Of a DNA stretch of 64,000 nt, positions 31,894 through 46,449 are shown in pieces; position 1 is the stretch's first letter, and each line of letters opens with the position of its first letter. Source of the stretch: the human T2T-CHM13v2.0 reference genome, Homo sapiens. The DNA lies in NCBI RefSeq assembly GCF_009914755.1, contig NC_060930.1. One strand, given 5' to 3'. The notes beneath the pieces were generated by a model. That model saw only the letters and a program-made list of their open reading frames with translations, did not search any database and had not been told where the DNA came from. Both the position numbers and the translations under genes were made by a program.

Positions 31894-34800
31894 GACCATC
31901 TCCCCAAGAAAGTTTTTCTTCTTTAAAAAAAATTCAGTAAGCTACCATAAATTATATATCTGTATAATTGTTCAACATTCAATAAATGTGTAGCCATATC
32001 AATATATATATTCATTGTCTCCCTGGCCTATATTATTCCCTTAACATTTCATGCCTCCCTGTTCAGTATAGCAGTTCCCACAGTCTGCATTATAATTCTC
32101 TGCCTGTCTTCCCCTCTAAATTTCCCACACCATAGCAACAAGCACGATGCCTTATTCATCTTTGGGTATCAGATCATATCACAGAGACTTCTTCATAGGA
32201 GGTTTTCAGTAACAGTGTAAATATGGTTTTAAATTTGAAGGCAACACAAAAGAATAAAGTAAAAATCATTTTTATATTACCACATGTCAACAGTATCTAG
32301 CACAGTGGTTAGCAAATGGTATATCTGATATATGTATATCTATGCATAGATATACACACATATACATATATACACATATATATTTCACTTTTTAAAAAAT
32401 ATACCTGCTTTGTATTCTAGTTGTTCACATTCCTGGGTTTCACAGCATTTAATACTAAAGGGATCTCCTATCTTCTATCTTGTAATGTTGACTTTATCTT
32501 GCAGATCTCCTATCTTGTAATGTTGACTTTAATATTTTGTGGCTTAGTTCTCTCTGCTCCTAGGAATGTTTGGGGTTTATATATCCCAAATGAACTTTGG
32601 TTTATTATTACAATCAATTACAGAAATGTGGCAATATTATTTTATAACCTTATAAATATTTTTAAGAAAAGCTATTGACAATACTAAATGTATAGGTCAA
32701 AGACTATAAAGAAATAAAAAGAAAGTTTTATTTGAACAAAGAGAATAACCCCTTCCCTTTTCTTTTCACACTATAGGTAACTATTAACTAGATTTCCCTA
32801 TACTCAATTTGTGCTTTTGGAGAATTTTTATTTTTTCATATGGAAGGCTGTACATGATGAAGTAGATTTGTTTTTCATGTGAAGTACTTCAATAAACACA
32901 GGAAAACACCTCATAATTAAATTGAATCTGACATTAAACTAATAAATTAGTATATCTCATTAAAAAGTTTTACATCTTTGACAACTTTCTTCAAGTTATT
33001 AGAAATTATTTTTCATCTAAGATTCTTAATCATAAAACAAAGCAGGACACTGAAGCATTTTTGATAAGGTGGGAAACTAAACCAAAAGATCAAGAGCCAC
33101 AACAAAAAGGAACACCAAGAGAAGATGAAAAGAGACAGTGTTGATAATGTAGGTTTAAAAGATTAAGAGCTGAATGGAATAGAATATTTAGATAAAAAGA
33201 AAACCACAAAGAGACATCAGGAATATGACAACAAAGATGCACAGGAAGGCATAGTCAAAAATTAAAAGGGAGTGAAGGTGAATGCATGCTTTACAAAAAT
33301 CCAAAAAAGAGAACAAAGAAAGAATGACAGTAAAGATAAGAGAGGGATCAAAGATAATCATGTTAGGTATACAAACACAAAGGAGAAAACTCAACTTAAT
33401 CCTGTCAAAATAAGGTTTTTGAATATCTTGAATACAGGTGAATATGTCAGATTACCTGTGAAGTTTTCAAAAAGGAACATATAATGATTCTTGAAAACAG
33501 ACTTTAAAAGACAAGCAGTGTTTTAGTGGAATATTAAAAATACCATTGAAACATATAAATAAAATTTAATAAATTGACTTGTTATTTAAAATCTACAGTG
33601 TTGGAGGACATATTTTATTTATGTACTTGACCATAAAAACATGTTTATAGAATATTTTACTGACAGTTTTAGCATAAAATATAGATTTAGAATTCTTTTC
33701 TATATGCATTTTTTATTTTCATGTGTATTCTACAAGGTTGAAATACAAATATGTATTTTTAATATTATCATTAAAAATAATTGCAAGTGTTTCTTCAGTT
33801 TTATATAATCCACGTGTCACTTTGCAGAATCACTTTGTTATCAAATTTCTTAATACTGGATTTTGCTATGAAAGGCAGGGTACACTCATGTAATATGTAT
33901 GATTTATAATACAGCTCACATAAGAATTATTATAGCAAAGGTGTAAAAGTAATACATCCTGCATAAATTTAAAAAAATTGCTTAAACGATCTGACCCAAT
34001 AAAACATTCATGAATGAAACTCAATTTTCTTATGACATCTTCAGCAACTGAGATATTTAGAAACATTTTAAGCTGAATTTGCATAAATTATTTAAGTCTT
34101 TATAATTTATACCTTAATTAGGTGTATATTATGTAAACATTTATTATTTTATTTCATCCTCCAAAAATATACTGATTAATTTTTTTTTGTTTTCTGTTTA
34201 CTTGTCTTACTTTTTGTAGAATAGCTCTTAATATCATATGAACTATTAGTTTCTAGTGAAAAATAGCTTGGGACATGCTATACTATAAGTTTCATGAGAA
34301 CCAGAACCTAGTCATCTATTGCTTGCTATTCTTTTGACATCCCTCAGTAAATAAGTGCAGAAATAAATAGAATAGAATATCAATGTCTACATGAATTCAG
34401 ACAAAGTGTATGCAATGTAAGAGGACAGAATCGTTCACAAACATCATGAAAATGATTTTACTGAATTATGTTTTAGCATATCATTTGCAAACATGGAGGA
34501 ATGTCTCAAACAATACTTCCATGAAATTGTTTTAGTACATATTGTTTATATTATTGAGAATACTGTTCTCTACATTGCACAATGTCTTCTTTATAATAAC
34601 CTGAGTGATAAATAGGCATCTTGCCATAGGACTAAAAAGTTTTTCTTCTTACAAAGAATTTTCTGTCCTCTTCTTTTTCCCTCCTCTTCCTCTTTTTCCC
34701 CGTCCTTTTCCTACTTCTTTAAAATTATGATTCATATAATTAGTTATGTCTTCATTAACGCCATTTATGTCTAGGATAACAAAAGCCAAACTTTTGATTC

Positions 34801-35764
34801 AACTGTAAGGCACAGGCATATCAGGAGATATAGTTTACATGTATTTTGCATACTACCTTTATTTAGATTTCATTTCACTTATAAATTCATTAAGAAATAT
34901 TTATTAAATAATTACTATGTTTTCAATAGTCTTCTAGGCATTGGGTATATAAAAGTAAGTAAAAAATACATAGCATGTCTTCAGTCGTGTGGGGAAGCCT
35001 CTAGTCTGAAAAATTGTATTTTCCAGAATTGTTTCAAATTCCTCTGTTTACATATTATTTTTCCCCAAGCTTCACTCACTTCAGCTAGAAAATTCCACTT
35101 GGCCTCTAGTAAAAGCTAAGTTTCTGAGAAATAACTCCACATAGAGATACAGGGATACCTCCCCGACTCCCACTTCTTTATATTTATTTTTTCTCTTGTC
35201 AAAAGATCTTCTATATTGCTGTAAACCTGAATGCCTGAGAGCTTGAAATTTTATTTTTTTGTTTTTGTTCTCAGAATTTTTGTTACCTTTCTTCATATCT
35301 TCAGAGTATCTTCCTCTCCCTAAAACCCTATAAAATCTCTTCTCTGGCTTAATCACTTTGAAGCAGTTTCTATGGAAGTTGTCTTCTCTGTTACACTTTA
35401 GCTAACAATGAGTGACTTTTCATCACTTCAGTTCTCCATGTTTATTTCAACAATCAATATTGGCCTTCCACATTACTCATTTATTACTTTCAAATACTAT
35501 TTTTCATTAACTCTAAGGTACCATAGATTGTAACATACATCTATTCCATGTACTGGTATAAAAGAAAGAATACTCTCAACTAAATTTTTCTTATAATTTA
35601 GAAGTTTTATCCTCATGGAAGAACTCAGACTTACACAGATATTTAAAAATAATATTAATTCCACACATGTATAAAATGAATAAGACAAACAAAATACATT
35701 TATTATAATATTCTTAATTATTTTTCACATTTGAGGTGTGACTCTTCTGGATCACTTTTTGACT

Positions 35765-36795
35765 TACAGCAGGGGCAGAAAATTCCTCTGCCTTCCTCTA
35801 AGAGTCCGAGATAGATCCAAGAATTAAATGGACATAAAGTATATTAACAAGAGAAAATCATAGAAATTTACCTAATGCAAGTTTTATGTGAGATAGAAAC
35901 TTTCATAAAGAAATGAAGACCCCAGAGAAGTCAGAGTCAGTTACTTATACAGGTATACTGAATTGAACAAACAGTGGTAAATTGTAAAGAAACAACTAAA
36001 TTACGTGAGGAGCTTAGAAGATGTGATGGTTAGTATTGAGTGTCAACTTGATTGGATTGAAGCATGCAAAGTATTGTTCGTGGGTGTGTCTGTGAGGATG
36101 TTGTCAAAGGAGATTAACATTTGAGTCAGTGGTCTAGGAGAGGCAGACCTACCCTCAATCTGGGTGGGCACAATCTAAGCAGCTGCCAGAGTGGCTAGAA
36201 TAAAAGCAGGCAGAAGAACATGGAGGGTTGAGACCGGCTCAATCTTTGGCCTGCATCTTTCTCCCGTGCTGGATGCTTCCTGCCCTCAAACATCAGACTC
36301 CAAGTTCTTCAGCTTTTGGACTCTTGGATCTATACCAGTGGGTTGCCAGGGGCTCTCTGGCCTTAGGCCACAGACTGCACTGTCGGCTTCCCTACTTTTG
36401 AGGTTTTGATTCGGACTGGCTTCCTTGCTCCTCAACTTGCAGACATCGTATTGTGGGATTTCACGTGGTGATCCTGGGAGTCAATACTCTTGAACAAATT
36501 CCCTTTCATATGTACATCTGTCCTATTAGTCCTTTCCCCCTAAAGAACCCTGAGTAATACAGAAGATAAGTGTTATTTTGACAAAGTCGGTATAGAATTC
36601 TTTGTTTTTATTTTCTGTCTTGAGAATAAGGATGTTGCCTTTCCTTCTAGTATAAGTGAGAGTGTCTTTCACAGGGAAATTTCATTTTCTGCCCTTAAAA
36701 AATAGCATGAAGGTCTAAGTAGTCTTTTTGCAGCTGTTGTTTTTCAAGTGTCTTTAAGTAGTCAATATGCTAGAATGACATCTTCTAACACCTTT
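35765..36795 (-). mobile_element. ERV1-class solo LTR (MER31/MER67 group, tentative), split by MLT2A
   Basis: attaacaagagaaaatcatagaaattta...aagttttatgtga...gaaatgaagacccagagaag; sequence resumes after the MLT2A TSD. Confidence 0.5.
36022..36561 (+). mobile_element. MLT2A (HERV-L) solo LTR
   Basis: tgtgatggttagtattgagtgtcaacttgattggattgaag...gaaccctgagtaataca; perfect 5-bp TSD gaaga at 36017-36021 and 36562-36566. Confidence 0.93.
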
Positions 36796-37928
36796 GTATA
36801 TGTATGCATATATGTGTGTATATATGTTTATGTATATGGTGTAATTCTCTATGTACCATTTGTAATGCTACATTTCTTATAATAGTGTTCTACTTGCCTC
36901 TCTTAAGATATTTTCCAAGACCCTGACAGCCTCTCTACATATTTGGGTGCTAAAACTTACTTAATTTTACTGGAAGGCTTAATGACAGGTATTTAGATAA
37001 CAACTAACATTTATATTCTTTCCTCTGAGTGCTTCTTTAATAATCTCTTGATTTTATAACAAGAAGTTGCAAATATATTGTTCACAGTAGGACAAAGAAA
37101 TCCATACATGAACAGGCAATAAAATTTTCGTGACTGCCATCCGATCAACAATGTTAAGATATCACTGATTGAATTATGTACCCTGACATTAGAGATGTTA
37201 AAAGTGAAAAAAATGCATTAGGGATTTTAGGATTTTCCACTCACTGTTGTTACTATTTTCCTTAGATATCTCACTTCTCATTAGGCTATATTGCCTTCAT
37301 TCAAAAACTACACTGAATTCCTTCAAGGCCAGAATTGAAGGTGATGGCAGTTTTGTATCTATGGTTCTGCTGCTATGTATTAAGTCTACTCTCTGCTATT
37401 AAGATTGTTTTGGGCTCTTTCTGATGATAATTTGATTCCTGTTGTTCAGCATGCATTTTGTGCAAATAGAGTAAGAATAATTGCTTTCCCCTCACAAATG
37501 ATTTCTACTAGAATCATACAAAGAAGTCAGTTCTGTTAGCACTGTTTGTCTCTATAGCTATCTCTCCAGATTTTGGTGCAGCTTTAGTGTAGGACTATGT
37601 GAAGTTTATTAATAATCACACTCAGAAATCAATTTGAATAGTGACTACTTCCTTAGTTGAAGTGTTTAAATTTTCTTCAGGTCAATTTCATGCTCAGAAG
37701 TTTTTGGTAATATTTTTCTCCCCCTTAAAAAAATATAATCTCTATTCTCAAAGAAACTGATAACTCCCAAAGTCATTTGTACTGCCTCTCTGAGAAAATT
37801 TAATATGGCCTCTGGCAAAGAAGTTGCAGCTTGACAGCTAAGAATTTCTTAAAGCCTCAAAGGGGTAATTATTTTCATCCCTCTTTATCTAGAGCCTCAT
37901 CGTATGCATACCAGATTTACACCATCTT

Positions 37929-38217
37929 GGCCGGGCGCAATGGCTCACGTCTGTAATCCCAGCACTTTGGGAGACAGAGGTGGGCAGATCACCTGAGGTC
38001 AGGAGTTCGAGACCAGCTGGTTAACATGGTGAAACCCTATCGCTACTAAAATTTCAAAAATTAGCTAGGTGTGGTAGCAGGCACTTGTAGTCCCAGCTAC
38101 TTGGGAGATTGAGGCAGGAAGATTGCTTCAACCTGGGAGGTGGAGGTTGAAGATCCTGCCACTGCACTCCAGCCTGGGTGACAAGAGCCAGACTCTGTGT
38201 CAAAAAAAAAAAAAAAA
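37929..38217 (+). mobile_element. AluS (Sq/Sx-like)
   Basis: gatcacctgaggtcaggagttcgagacc; gacaagagc; A16 tail; degenerate TSD agatttaca...tctt. Confidence 0.93.
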
Positions 38218-38365
38218 GATTTACAATTTCTTAGTGATACTTATTTTTCGGTCTTCTCTTTTTTGTATCCTTTGATGATATAGGATTCGTCTACCACAGA
38301 CAGTTACGATATTTGACTTTGTCTATGTAATAACTGTATTCAGGAAGAGGAAATAGTTTCTGCTA

Positions 38366-38755
38366 CTGTCTTGTACCAATGTAATGTTTCAGTCAATGAT
38401 GAACAACATATATGATGGTGGTCCCATAGGATTATAAAAGACCTGAAAAATTTATATCACCAAATAATGTCTCATAGTCATTGTAACATAGTAGTGCAAC
38501 ACTTTACCTTTTCCATGTTTAGATATGTTTATATAGACGAATATCATTGTGTTATAATTGCCTATCATATTCAGTACCATAATGTGTTATACAGGTTGGT
38601 AGCCTGGGAACAATATCATATAGCCTAGGTGTGTAGTAGGCTATATCATCTAGCTTTGTGCAAGTATACTCTATGCCATTCACACAATGACAATATTTCT
38701 TAACAACAGAGCATATCTCAGAACAATATACCTGCTGTTATGTTACAAATGGCTG
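38366..38755 (-). mobile_element. Tigger3-family DNA transposon (internally deleted)
   Basis: Reverse of the 25395 element: gatggtggtcccataggattataa...tagcctaggtgtgtagtaggctatatcatctag...tctcagaac. Confidence 0.85.
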
Positions 38756-40281
38756 AACTTAGTTTGCTCTTCAGAAAACACCAAACAAGCCTATCTTCTA
38801 GATTTATCTCTTTCATCTCTTTCTGCTGCTTTTCTCGCATGATTTTATGTTTTTCTTCTTCATTTTGCCCCAACACACCTGAATTTCTTTTCTTCATTTT
38901 TTGTCATTTTTTTCCATTCCTTCTTCTTGCTGCTCAATGTAATGCAATCTTTGGGGAGTTTTCATTATAAAACTTGACAGATTCAAAATGGAATCACTTG
39001 TGTCAAACTCTGGCAATTTGGAACCTGAGAAGATGTTGAAGAAAGGGCTCACATGTGTGATTTGCCTGATAACAGAAAGTATCACAATTTTTTTTTTCCA
39101 AACCATATCTATCAGCAAAAGGACAGCTAGTAGATTATACATGAACACTTGCCTGAAACAGTCTCTCAAGCCCAATCCAACAAAACAGTCTGCTATCACT
39201 TTAAGATTACAAATTTTACCTAGTCATTGCCACCACTTAAACCAAGAGGTTTTAAAACAACTTGTGTAAACACTTCTTTCTCCAGCAAAACCCTAACCAA
39301 AAAAGAAAAAAAAAAAATCTTTGTCCTCTGGGCATAGCAAAGGCCACCCATGTCTGTATGTGTGCTCTAAATTGCAAGTCTATTGTTTTTATATTCCTAA
39401 ATAAAACTTTTTGCTCTGAGGTTTGCCTCTCTCTTTTTTTTTTATGTTGACAGCCTCAATCTCACTTTTCTGTAACTCAAATTATAGATTGCAAGTTTAT
39501 AGGACCAACATTTACACTCGTCTACACTCCAAGATCACACTAAATTTGCCTTTAAAGAGGAGAAATTTACTGAGGAAAAAAGTTTATTGTCTGGTTTTGA
39601 CCATCAAGAAGGAAAATTATTTCAGGACGAAGTGAAGAAATGGCAAATGGCCTATACATGTAACACAGCCTTAGAAAAATGGATAAAACAAACTCAGCAG
39701 ATAATCAGACTTCATCCTAGGGAACAAATATAGGAAAAAAAGCATGCATTGATTCAAGATGTTAAGTACATTCCTACAGATAGAAGCAAACTAAAACACT
39801 AAAGAAATTCCGGCTTGTTTTCCCTGCCGAAAGTAATACTTTCTTACTGATATCGAGAAAGATATTTTGAGATTCTTTGATATATTTGAATTGATTTGTT
39901 CACAATTATTTGTCTATAATAAGACCTATAATATGCATTTATAATCTAAAGAGAACATTCTACACTGTGGCCATTGGAAACAAATAAAAATTAAAGTAGT
40001 TCTTGCGGATAATAAGCTCATTATTGTGGCATCATTATTACATTGTTCTAAAGCCCTAGGTAAGAGATTAATAAGACACAAAATACGCAGGTTATTTTAA
40101 ACAGAAATGTACATTCTCAACTTGGTATATTTCCCCTTCCAGAAACATGGATGCACCTACTATAGACTTTTTCTAATTCTCCAAACTGTTAAAGTCTACT
40201 TCCTCTTCTGTCTAATTAGTTTCATAGCAAGAGTATCTTATATTTTATTTAGCTCACTGTCTTAATACATTTGATCATTGA

Positions 40282-40635
<354 letters not shown>

Positions 40636-41303
40636 TATTATACCACTATTACACCTAATAGAAATTGTATTATGAATTACTCTAAAATAATTATGAAGTG
40701 AGTTAGTTAGCATTGAAATAGAATTTTCTTAGGTTTCTATACAAAACAAATCTTGAAGGTAAACCAATTTCATAATTAGTTGCAATATAAATCAAGGTCC
40801 AAATCTCTTGAGTTTTGCTTTTCAAGTCTCTCATAGATATACATCTATGATTTGTTTTATGGTTAATGGTGGTACTAACATAAGTACAAGTTTCGCTTTA
40901 ATATGATGAGATACAGATATAGTAATAGGTAAGCAATTTTAATATATATTTGGGTATATACACTATATTTTGAAATTCAAATATTATATGTGTATAAAAA
41001 TTTACACATGAAATAAAACTTTAGGCCTTGGGAGAACATTAAAGAATAGATATTTAGATCAATTATATATTTAACACGAAATGGTTATTGGGCTATATAT
41101 AATAGCAATAATAATGAATAGGCTTGAAAATGATGGCTATTTATATAAGGGATATTTCTTATTGAATTGACTATTATAAGTAATCAATCTAAAATGAAAT
41201 TTATGAAAAGTAATATTTACATATTCAAACAATTATTTTACCATGCTTGTTATTATACGGATATAAACTGAATAATAAAATAGTAATATATAAAAATAGT
41301 GGG

Positions 41304-41613
41304 TTTTTTTTGTGTGTGTGTGTGTTTTTCTGAGATGGTGTCTCACTCTTTTGCCCAGGCTGGAGTGCAGTGGCATGATCTTGGCTCACTGCAACCTCCG
41401 CCTCCCAAGTTTGTGCAATTCTCTTGCCTCAGCCTCCCGAGTAGCTAGGACTACAGGCATCTGCCACCACGCCCAGCTAATTTTTGTATTTTTAGTAGAG
41501 ATGGGGTTTCGCCAGGCTGGCCAGGCTGATCTTGAACTCCTGACCTCAGGTGATCTGCCCGTCTCAGCCTCCCAAAATGCTGGGAGTACAGCCGTGAGCC
41601 ACAGTGCCTGGCC
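41304..41613 (-). mobile_element. AluS (Sx-like) with (TG)n in tail
   Basis: gaactcctgacctcaggtgatctgccc; full dimer; ORF 41312 is Alu-derived. Confidence 0.93.
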
Positions 41614-42939
41614 TAAATGTAGTTTTAATGCTTCATTATTGTGTAAAATACGTTTTAAAAACACTAAAGGAGGAAAATTTAAAATAGAGCAGCTAATAAC
41701 TGGACAAAGCTTACTTTTTAAGGGAAGAATAATAATATTTCAATATTCTGATATAATATTCTAACATTACTGCCATTTTCAATCTGAGTACTTTAAATAT
41801 TTTTATACTTTTTATCTCCCATGTTTACAGATTTACCAGGAGGTTGTTGTTGGGAAGCAGAGGAGTAAAGAATTTTCTTAGTATTCATTAAAAATAAGTA
41901 TTGTGCATATTAGAAAAAACTTTAAAATATACAACACATTTATAAAAACATATTATTTATGCTCTATATTTATTTAATATAACTTACCCAGAAGATAAGA
42001 TTTCATGTTAGAAAAAATAAAATATATCTTCATTTAGTTCTGCACCTCTTCTACCTTTATCACAAATTTGATACCATGGTGACAGTCATTAGGGAAAGAA
42101 AAGTCATAATCTTTCAGAGGCAGAGGATTACAGTAGTCTTCAGGACACAGAAATTCATCTTTGCAAAGAATAATGTGCTTTTAATACCAGCATAGTCACA
42201 GATAGGCAATGAGAACTTTTTTTTTTTTTAAACAAAACTACTAGATAGACAGAGGGTTACAAACAGGTAAAAATCTATCTGAAAGAGTTTCTGCTGGAGA
42301 AAAACCTGTAAGAGAAAGTTACTCTTTACTAAGTGATGCCAAATAATATATCAGAGCTTACCCAAAATGTGTATTTAGTGCTATGAAGTAGGTTATGAAG
42401 CTGAAGCTATAGTTTTGTCCCAATTTTTTATAGTAGAATAGTTTCAGAGATATGGTAAAAGCATAACCAAGAGCTGGTTCTTTTAAATAGTCGTTTTCTT
42501 CAAATAATTACCATCAATCTTGCAACATCTTTTACTAGAAACGTGGCTCTCTTGTTGCTGTGTAGCTTTTGCTTTTTAACAATCAAGATGGGCCTTTAAT
42601 TTTCCACTTAGGGTATTTCATCTTATCTGATTAGATTTCTTAGGTAAAAATTTAGAATCTGAAGTTCAAATGTCTTTTTCATCAGGGAGTAAAGCTGAAC
42701 ATTTAATCTTTTATGATTTTTATTTGGTACAGAAATATGCTGAAAGAAATTAATTCAGTTACATAAAGAAATACAAGTTTCACATAAAATATTCTCTTTT
42801 CTATTATTTATTCTATTTCACTCTATAGTACTCTCTCTCTCGTGCACACACTCTCTTTCTCCCTGTTTCTCATGCTGATCAAAACCCACTAAAATGACTT
42901 TGTAGACATTCATTCACAGCCATAGTTTAAGAAAAATCA

Positions 42940-43225
42940 CATGGGTCAAAGGATACAAAGTAGGAGATACATAGGGCGAACAAATTTAAAGACCTAATGT
43001 ATAGCAAAAAGACTACAGTTAATAATCAGGTATTCAGGATTTTTGCTAATTAAATTTTTGCTCTTGCCAGAGGGCTTGGGAAATGGGTATCTATGTGAGA
43101 TGATGGATATGTTAATTTGTTTCACTAAAATAACTATTTTACTATATATATATATATATATATGTACCTCATAACATCATACTGTATACCTCAAAGATAC
43201 ACAATAAAATTTATTTTTAAAAAAC
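42940..43225 (+). mobile_element. L1MA (MA8-10-like) 3' end
   Basis: ggtcaaaggatacaaagt...gacctaatgtatagc...ctatgtgagatgatggatatgttaatt...catcatactgtatacctc...aataaa. Confidence 0.8.
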
Positions 43226-44214
43226 ACAAACATAAAAAGAGAAACAACATTAAAATATACTCTATTCATAATATAGTCACTGCGATTTGTGCTTAAGAAT
43301 CACAATGATATAGTTCATCATTAAACCAGTATGTAGTCAAGAATTTACCTATAATATTGAAATTGTAAGAATGGAGTTTATAAAACTGTTGAATTTCTAG
43401 CATTACTCCATTATCAGCTAATTCAGCTAACTGCAGTTTCATTTCAATTACATTAAGATCCTTTTTCCTTCATCACAGAATATACAAATAAATATATACA
43501 GCTTCTCTCAAAATTACATCTAATTAACTTTTTGTTACTAACATAAGAAAAGAGTAAGTCCAGCATTCTAGGCTACAAAGTTAGAAGTTTGCTAAGTAAG
43601 GTGCCTATTGTTTTAACAGTAATCTCCTTATGTCATTATTTTTTAGTAAAACAAGTACCCATACAATGACAAATTGTAAAATAATTCTCTAATTTATTTA
43701 AATGCCACTCATTTTGCTTTGAAAATGTGCAATTTATTTTCAGTTGAATATAGGAAATAAAATGTCGAATTAAATGGTAAAATTTTAATATATTTGATGT
43801 CAAATTATTATTGAACATTTTAGAGATATTGAAATAAAACAGGTTTTTTCATTCATTATGAGTAATATAGTCAAAACTAGCTAGTGTGAAGAAATATACA
43901 TATTAAAATGGAATCATTCTATGCATGAGCTAATCTGATAAATCTTAATGTATTATTTTATTTAAACATTATACCAATCATATAAGACGTTTTAAAAATG
44001 AAATTTTGGTGACCATGATTAAGTGACTTGCCCAGATAAGTAGCTTGTTGATATTTGGAATTAGGTCTGACTCCAGAAATCAATGTTTGTAAATTCTGCG
44101 GTAAAAGACAATACTTATGTACTTTATGAGATATCTTAACAGTATACTCACAAATATATTGTGAAAACTAAATAATTTGGTAACTGCAACAAGTTAAATT
44201 TTGGGGGTAGAAAC

Positions 44215-44479
44215 TGTCAAATAAAAACAAATATGTACTTAGATGAGGAGAGACTATTCAAAAAGTCTATTGCAATAGGGGAAGAGCTCTGATCTCAGAA
44301 AACTAAAAGCATCTCAAAATCAAACAGTGAAAGCCTTTTCTTTTATATGCAGGAATACGTAGACCTAGAAGAAAGGAAAGGTGGGCAAGCAAGAGGCAGT
44401 GAGCAAACAGTATGATTGATACGATTTGATAGGAAATATGATTGTGATCAGTTGATTCTTGGGATAAGCTGAGGGGTGT

Positions 44480-44527
<48 letters not shown>

Positions 44528-44690
44528 AAGATGGGGAAGATGTTCTGAATTTTAGAGCTTTCTCAGGCTAAGGGGCAGGCCAAAGTTCAGGGGCATGAAG
44601 GAGAAAGGGCTGAATAAAGTTTTGATAAGATGAAGCAGAAGATAAGAATAGCAATTTTGAAAACTTAGTTAAATCACAAATTAATATTTG
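44215..44690 (-). mobile_element. Possible old ERV solo LTR containing (TG)n(AG)n
   Basis: tgtcaaataaaaac...agactattcaaaaagtctattgcaatagggg resembles reverse LTR ends; family not identified. Confidence 0.35.
44476..44527. repeat. Compound (TG)n(AG)n microsatellite
   Basis: Direct reading. Confidence 0.95.
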
Positions 44691-44797
44691 GATTCAATGC
44701 TGTTAATAAAATTTCTTTGCCATCAATTTTCAGTATGTGGATGTTTATATATGCCAAATTCAATTGATTTTAAGGAAGACAAATTAGCAAAATTTTT

Positions 44798-44963
44798 AAA
44801 GGAATATAAATCATTCTATCATAAAGACACATGCATGTCTATGTTCATTGCAGCATCATTCATAATATCAAAGACATGGAATCAAATGTCCATCAATGAT
44901 AGATTGGATAAAGAACATGTGGCATGTATACACCATGGAATACTATGCAGCCATAAAAAGGAA
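44798..44963 (+). mobile_element. Isolated internal L1PA fragment (ORF2 C-terminus)
   Basis: Encodes KEYKSFYHKDTCMSMFIAA and WIKNMWHVYTMEYYAAIK. Confidence 0.88.
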
Positions 44964-45182
44964 GTTAGTAAATCTTAAGATACATATACTATGTTTATGG
45001 AAAGAAAAGGTTAATGACAGGCCTACAATCCATTCACTCTCTTTACAAAAGGGGTATACAAGTCGGAGTGAAAGGACAGTGACCTGATTGAATCACCTTG
45101 TAAACTTACCAAAGGTAGACCTAAAATGTAATAATAGTATTTGTTAGCAAAAATTATTTTGATTCTTGGTATCTTTGAATTT

Positions 45183-45233
45183 ATCATCATCAAACCTAGA
45201 ATCTGTGGGTAATTAATGGTTCTTGGAAAATAT
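45183..45233 (+). repeat. 51-bp dispersed duplicate, copy 1
   Basis: Identical to 47521-47571. Confidence 0.95.
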
Positions 45234-45811
45234 GCAAATGATGTAGCTATTGGAGTAAAAAGTATAAATATTTCATAAATGGTTCCCTTCCATGTAAATA
45301 CTTGTACTGTGATACATTAGATACCTCATGTGACAAATCCTGGATAGTGTGCATTCTGAATAGAAAGTGCAGAAAATCAGCTAGCTTGCCTCTTGCAATT
45401 ATGTGTACTTTCAAGATTAATTGTAAAGTTTAATAGTGTGTAGGTCTGCTAGTTTCCATACATCTCATTGGAAAACACACTTCTGTATGTTATTTTAGCT
45501 TAATTAATGTTTTCATTGCATAAAATTTTTGACTATTCAAATTAAATAGTTGAAACAAGAAATGTTATTCACTATCATGTCTTTGTTTCTCTGAAAAATA
45601 TGATTCAAAGTGAAGGGCAGCTAAAAATATTTTGAATATTTTGCTTAGAAGCACTGATGAATACATGCTAATGAAACAACTACATTACCATGGACATTCA
45701 GAGAGGTAGCAAAAAAGAAAAGTAAAGATAAATACAAATATGGATTAATGAATATGATCTCTTTGTTAAGAAGCAGAAATCACACTGTGAAGTATTAAAA
45801 AGTATGCTCTG

Positions 45812-46103
45812 GGCCAGGTGTGGTAGCTCACGCCTGTAATCCCAGCACTTTGGAAGGCCAAGCCAGGTGGATCACTTAAGCTCAGGAGTTTGAGACCAAC
45901 CCAAGAAACATGGTGAAACCCTGTCTCTACAAAAAATAGAAAAATTAGGCGCGGTGGCACGCTTCTGTAGTCCGAACTACTCGGTGGGACTGAGTCAGGA
46001 GGACCGCTTGATCGGAGATAGTGATTGCAGTGAACCGAGATCACACCACTGCACTCCACCCTGGATGACAGAGTGAGACCCTGTCTTAAAAAAAAAAAAA
46101 AAA
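45812..46103 (+). mobile_element. AluJ (Jb-like)
   Basis: ggatcacttaagctcaggag; ggaggaccgcttga; gagaccctgtct; TSD aaaaagtatgc. Confidence 0.92.
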
Positions 46104-46134
46104 GTATGCCGAGAATGCAAACGAGGTAGGAGTT

Positions 46135-46442
46135 GGGTTATTCTCAGCTTCTTGAGGCCACTTATGTTTCTTGGCTCCTGCCCATCTTTCTTCCATCTTA
46201 AAAGCCAGTGGTGGTAGGTTGAATCCTTCTCATGATTTGAAATTCTCTGATCTCCCCTCCTCTACTTACATCAGGGAAAAGTGTTCCTGCAGGTAGATTG
46301 GGACTACCTGGATAACTCCATGTCAAGGTCCATGACCTTATTCACATATGGAGTATTCGTTTTGCCATGTAAAGCAATATCTCCGTGGATTCCAAGGATT
46401 AGGGTATGAATTTCTTTGGGGGACCGTTTTCTATCCTCCACA
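46135..46442 (-). mobile_element. MLT1 (D/E-like) LTR fragment
   Basis: cagcttcttgaggccac...ttccatcttaaaagccag...tagattggg...cctggataa...ttttgccatgtaaag...ggattaggg...ctttggggg. Confidence 0.75.
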
Positions 46443-46449
46443 GTTTTCT

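Noticed and set aside
37070-37225. Possible ancient DNA-transposon remnant (agagatgttaaaagtgaaaaaaatg)
   Set aside because: Too degenerate to assign family or boundaries by eye.
38740-39635. Run of 60-100 aa ORFs in non-repeat sequence
   Set aside because: No recognisable homology, codon bias or splice context; consistent with chance.
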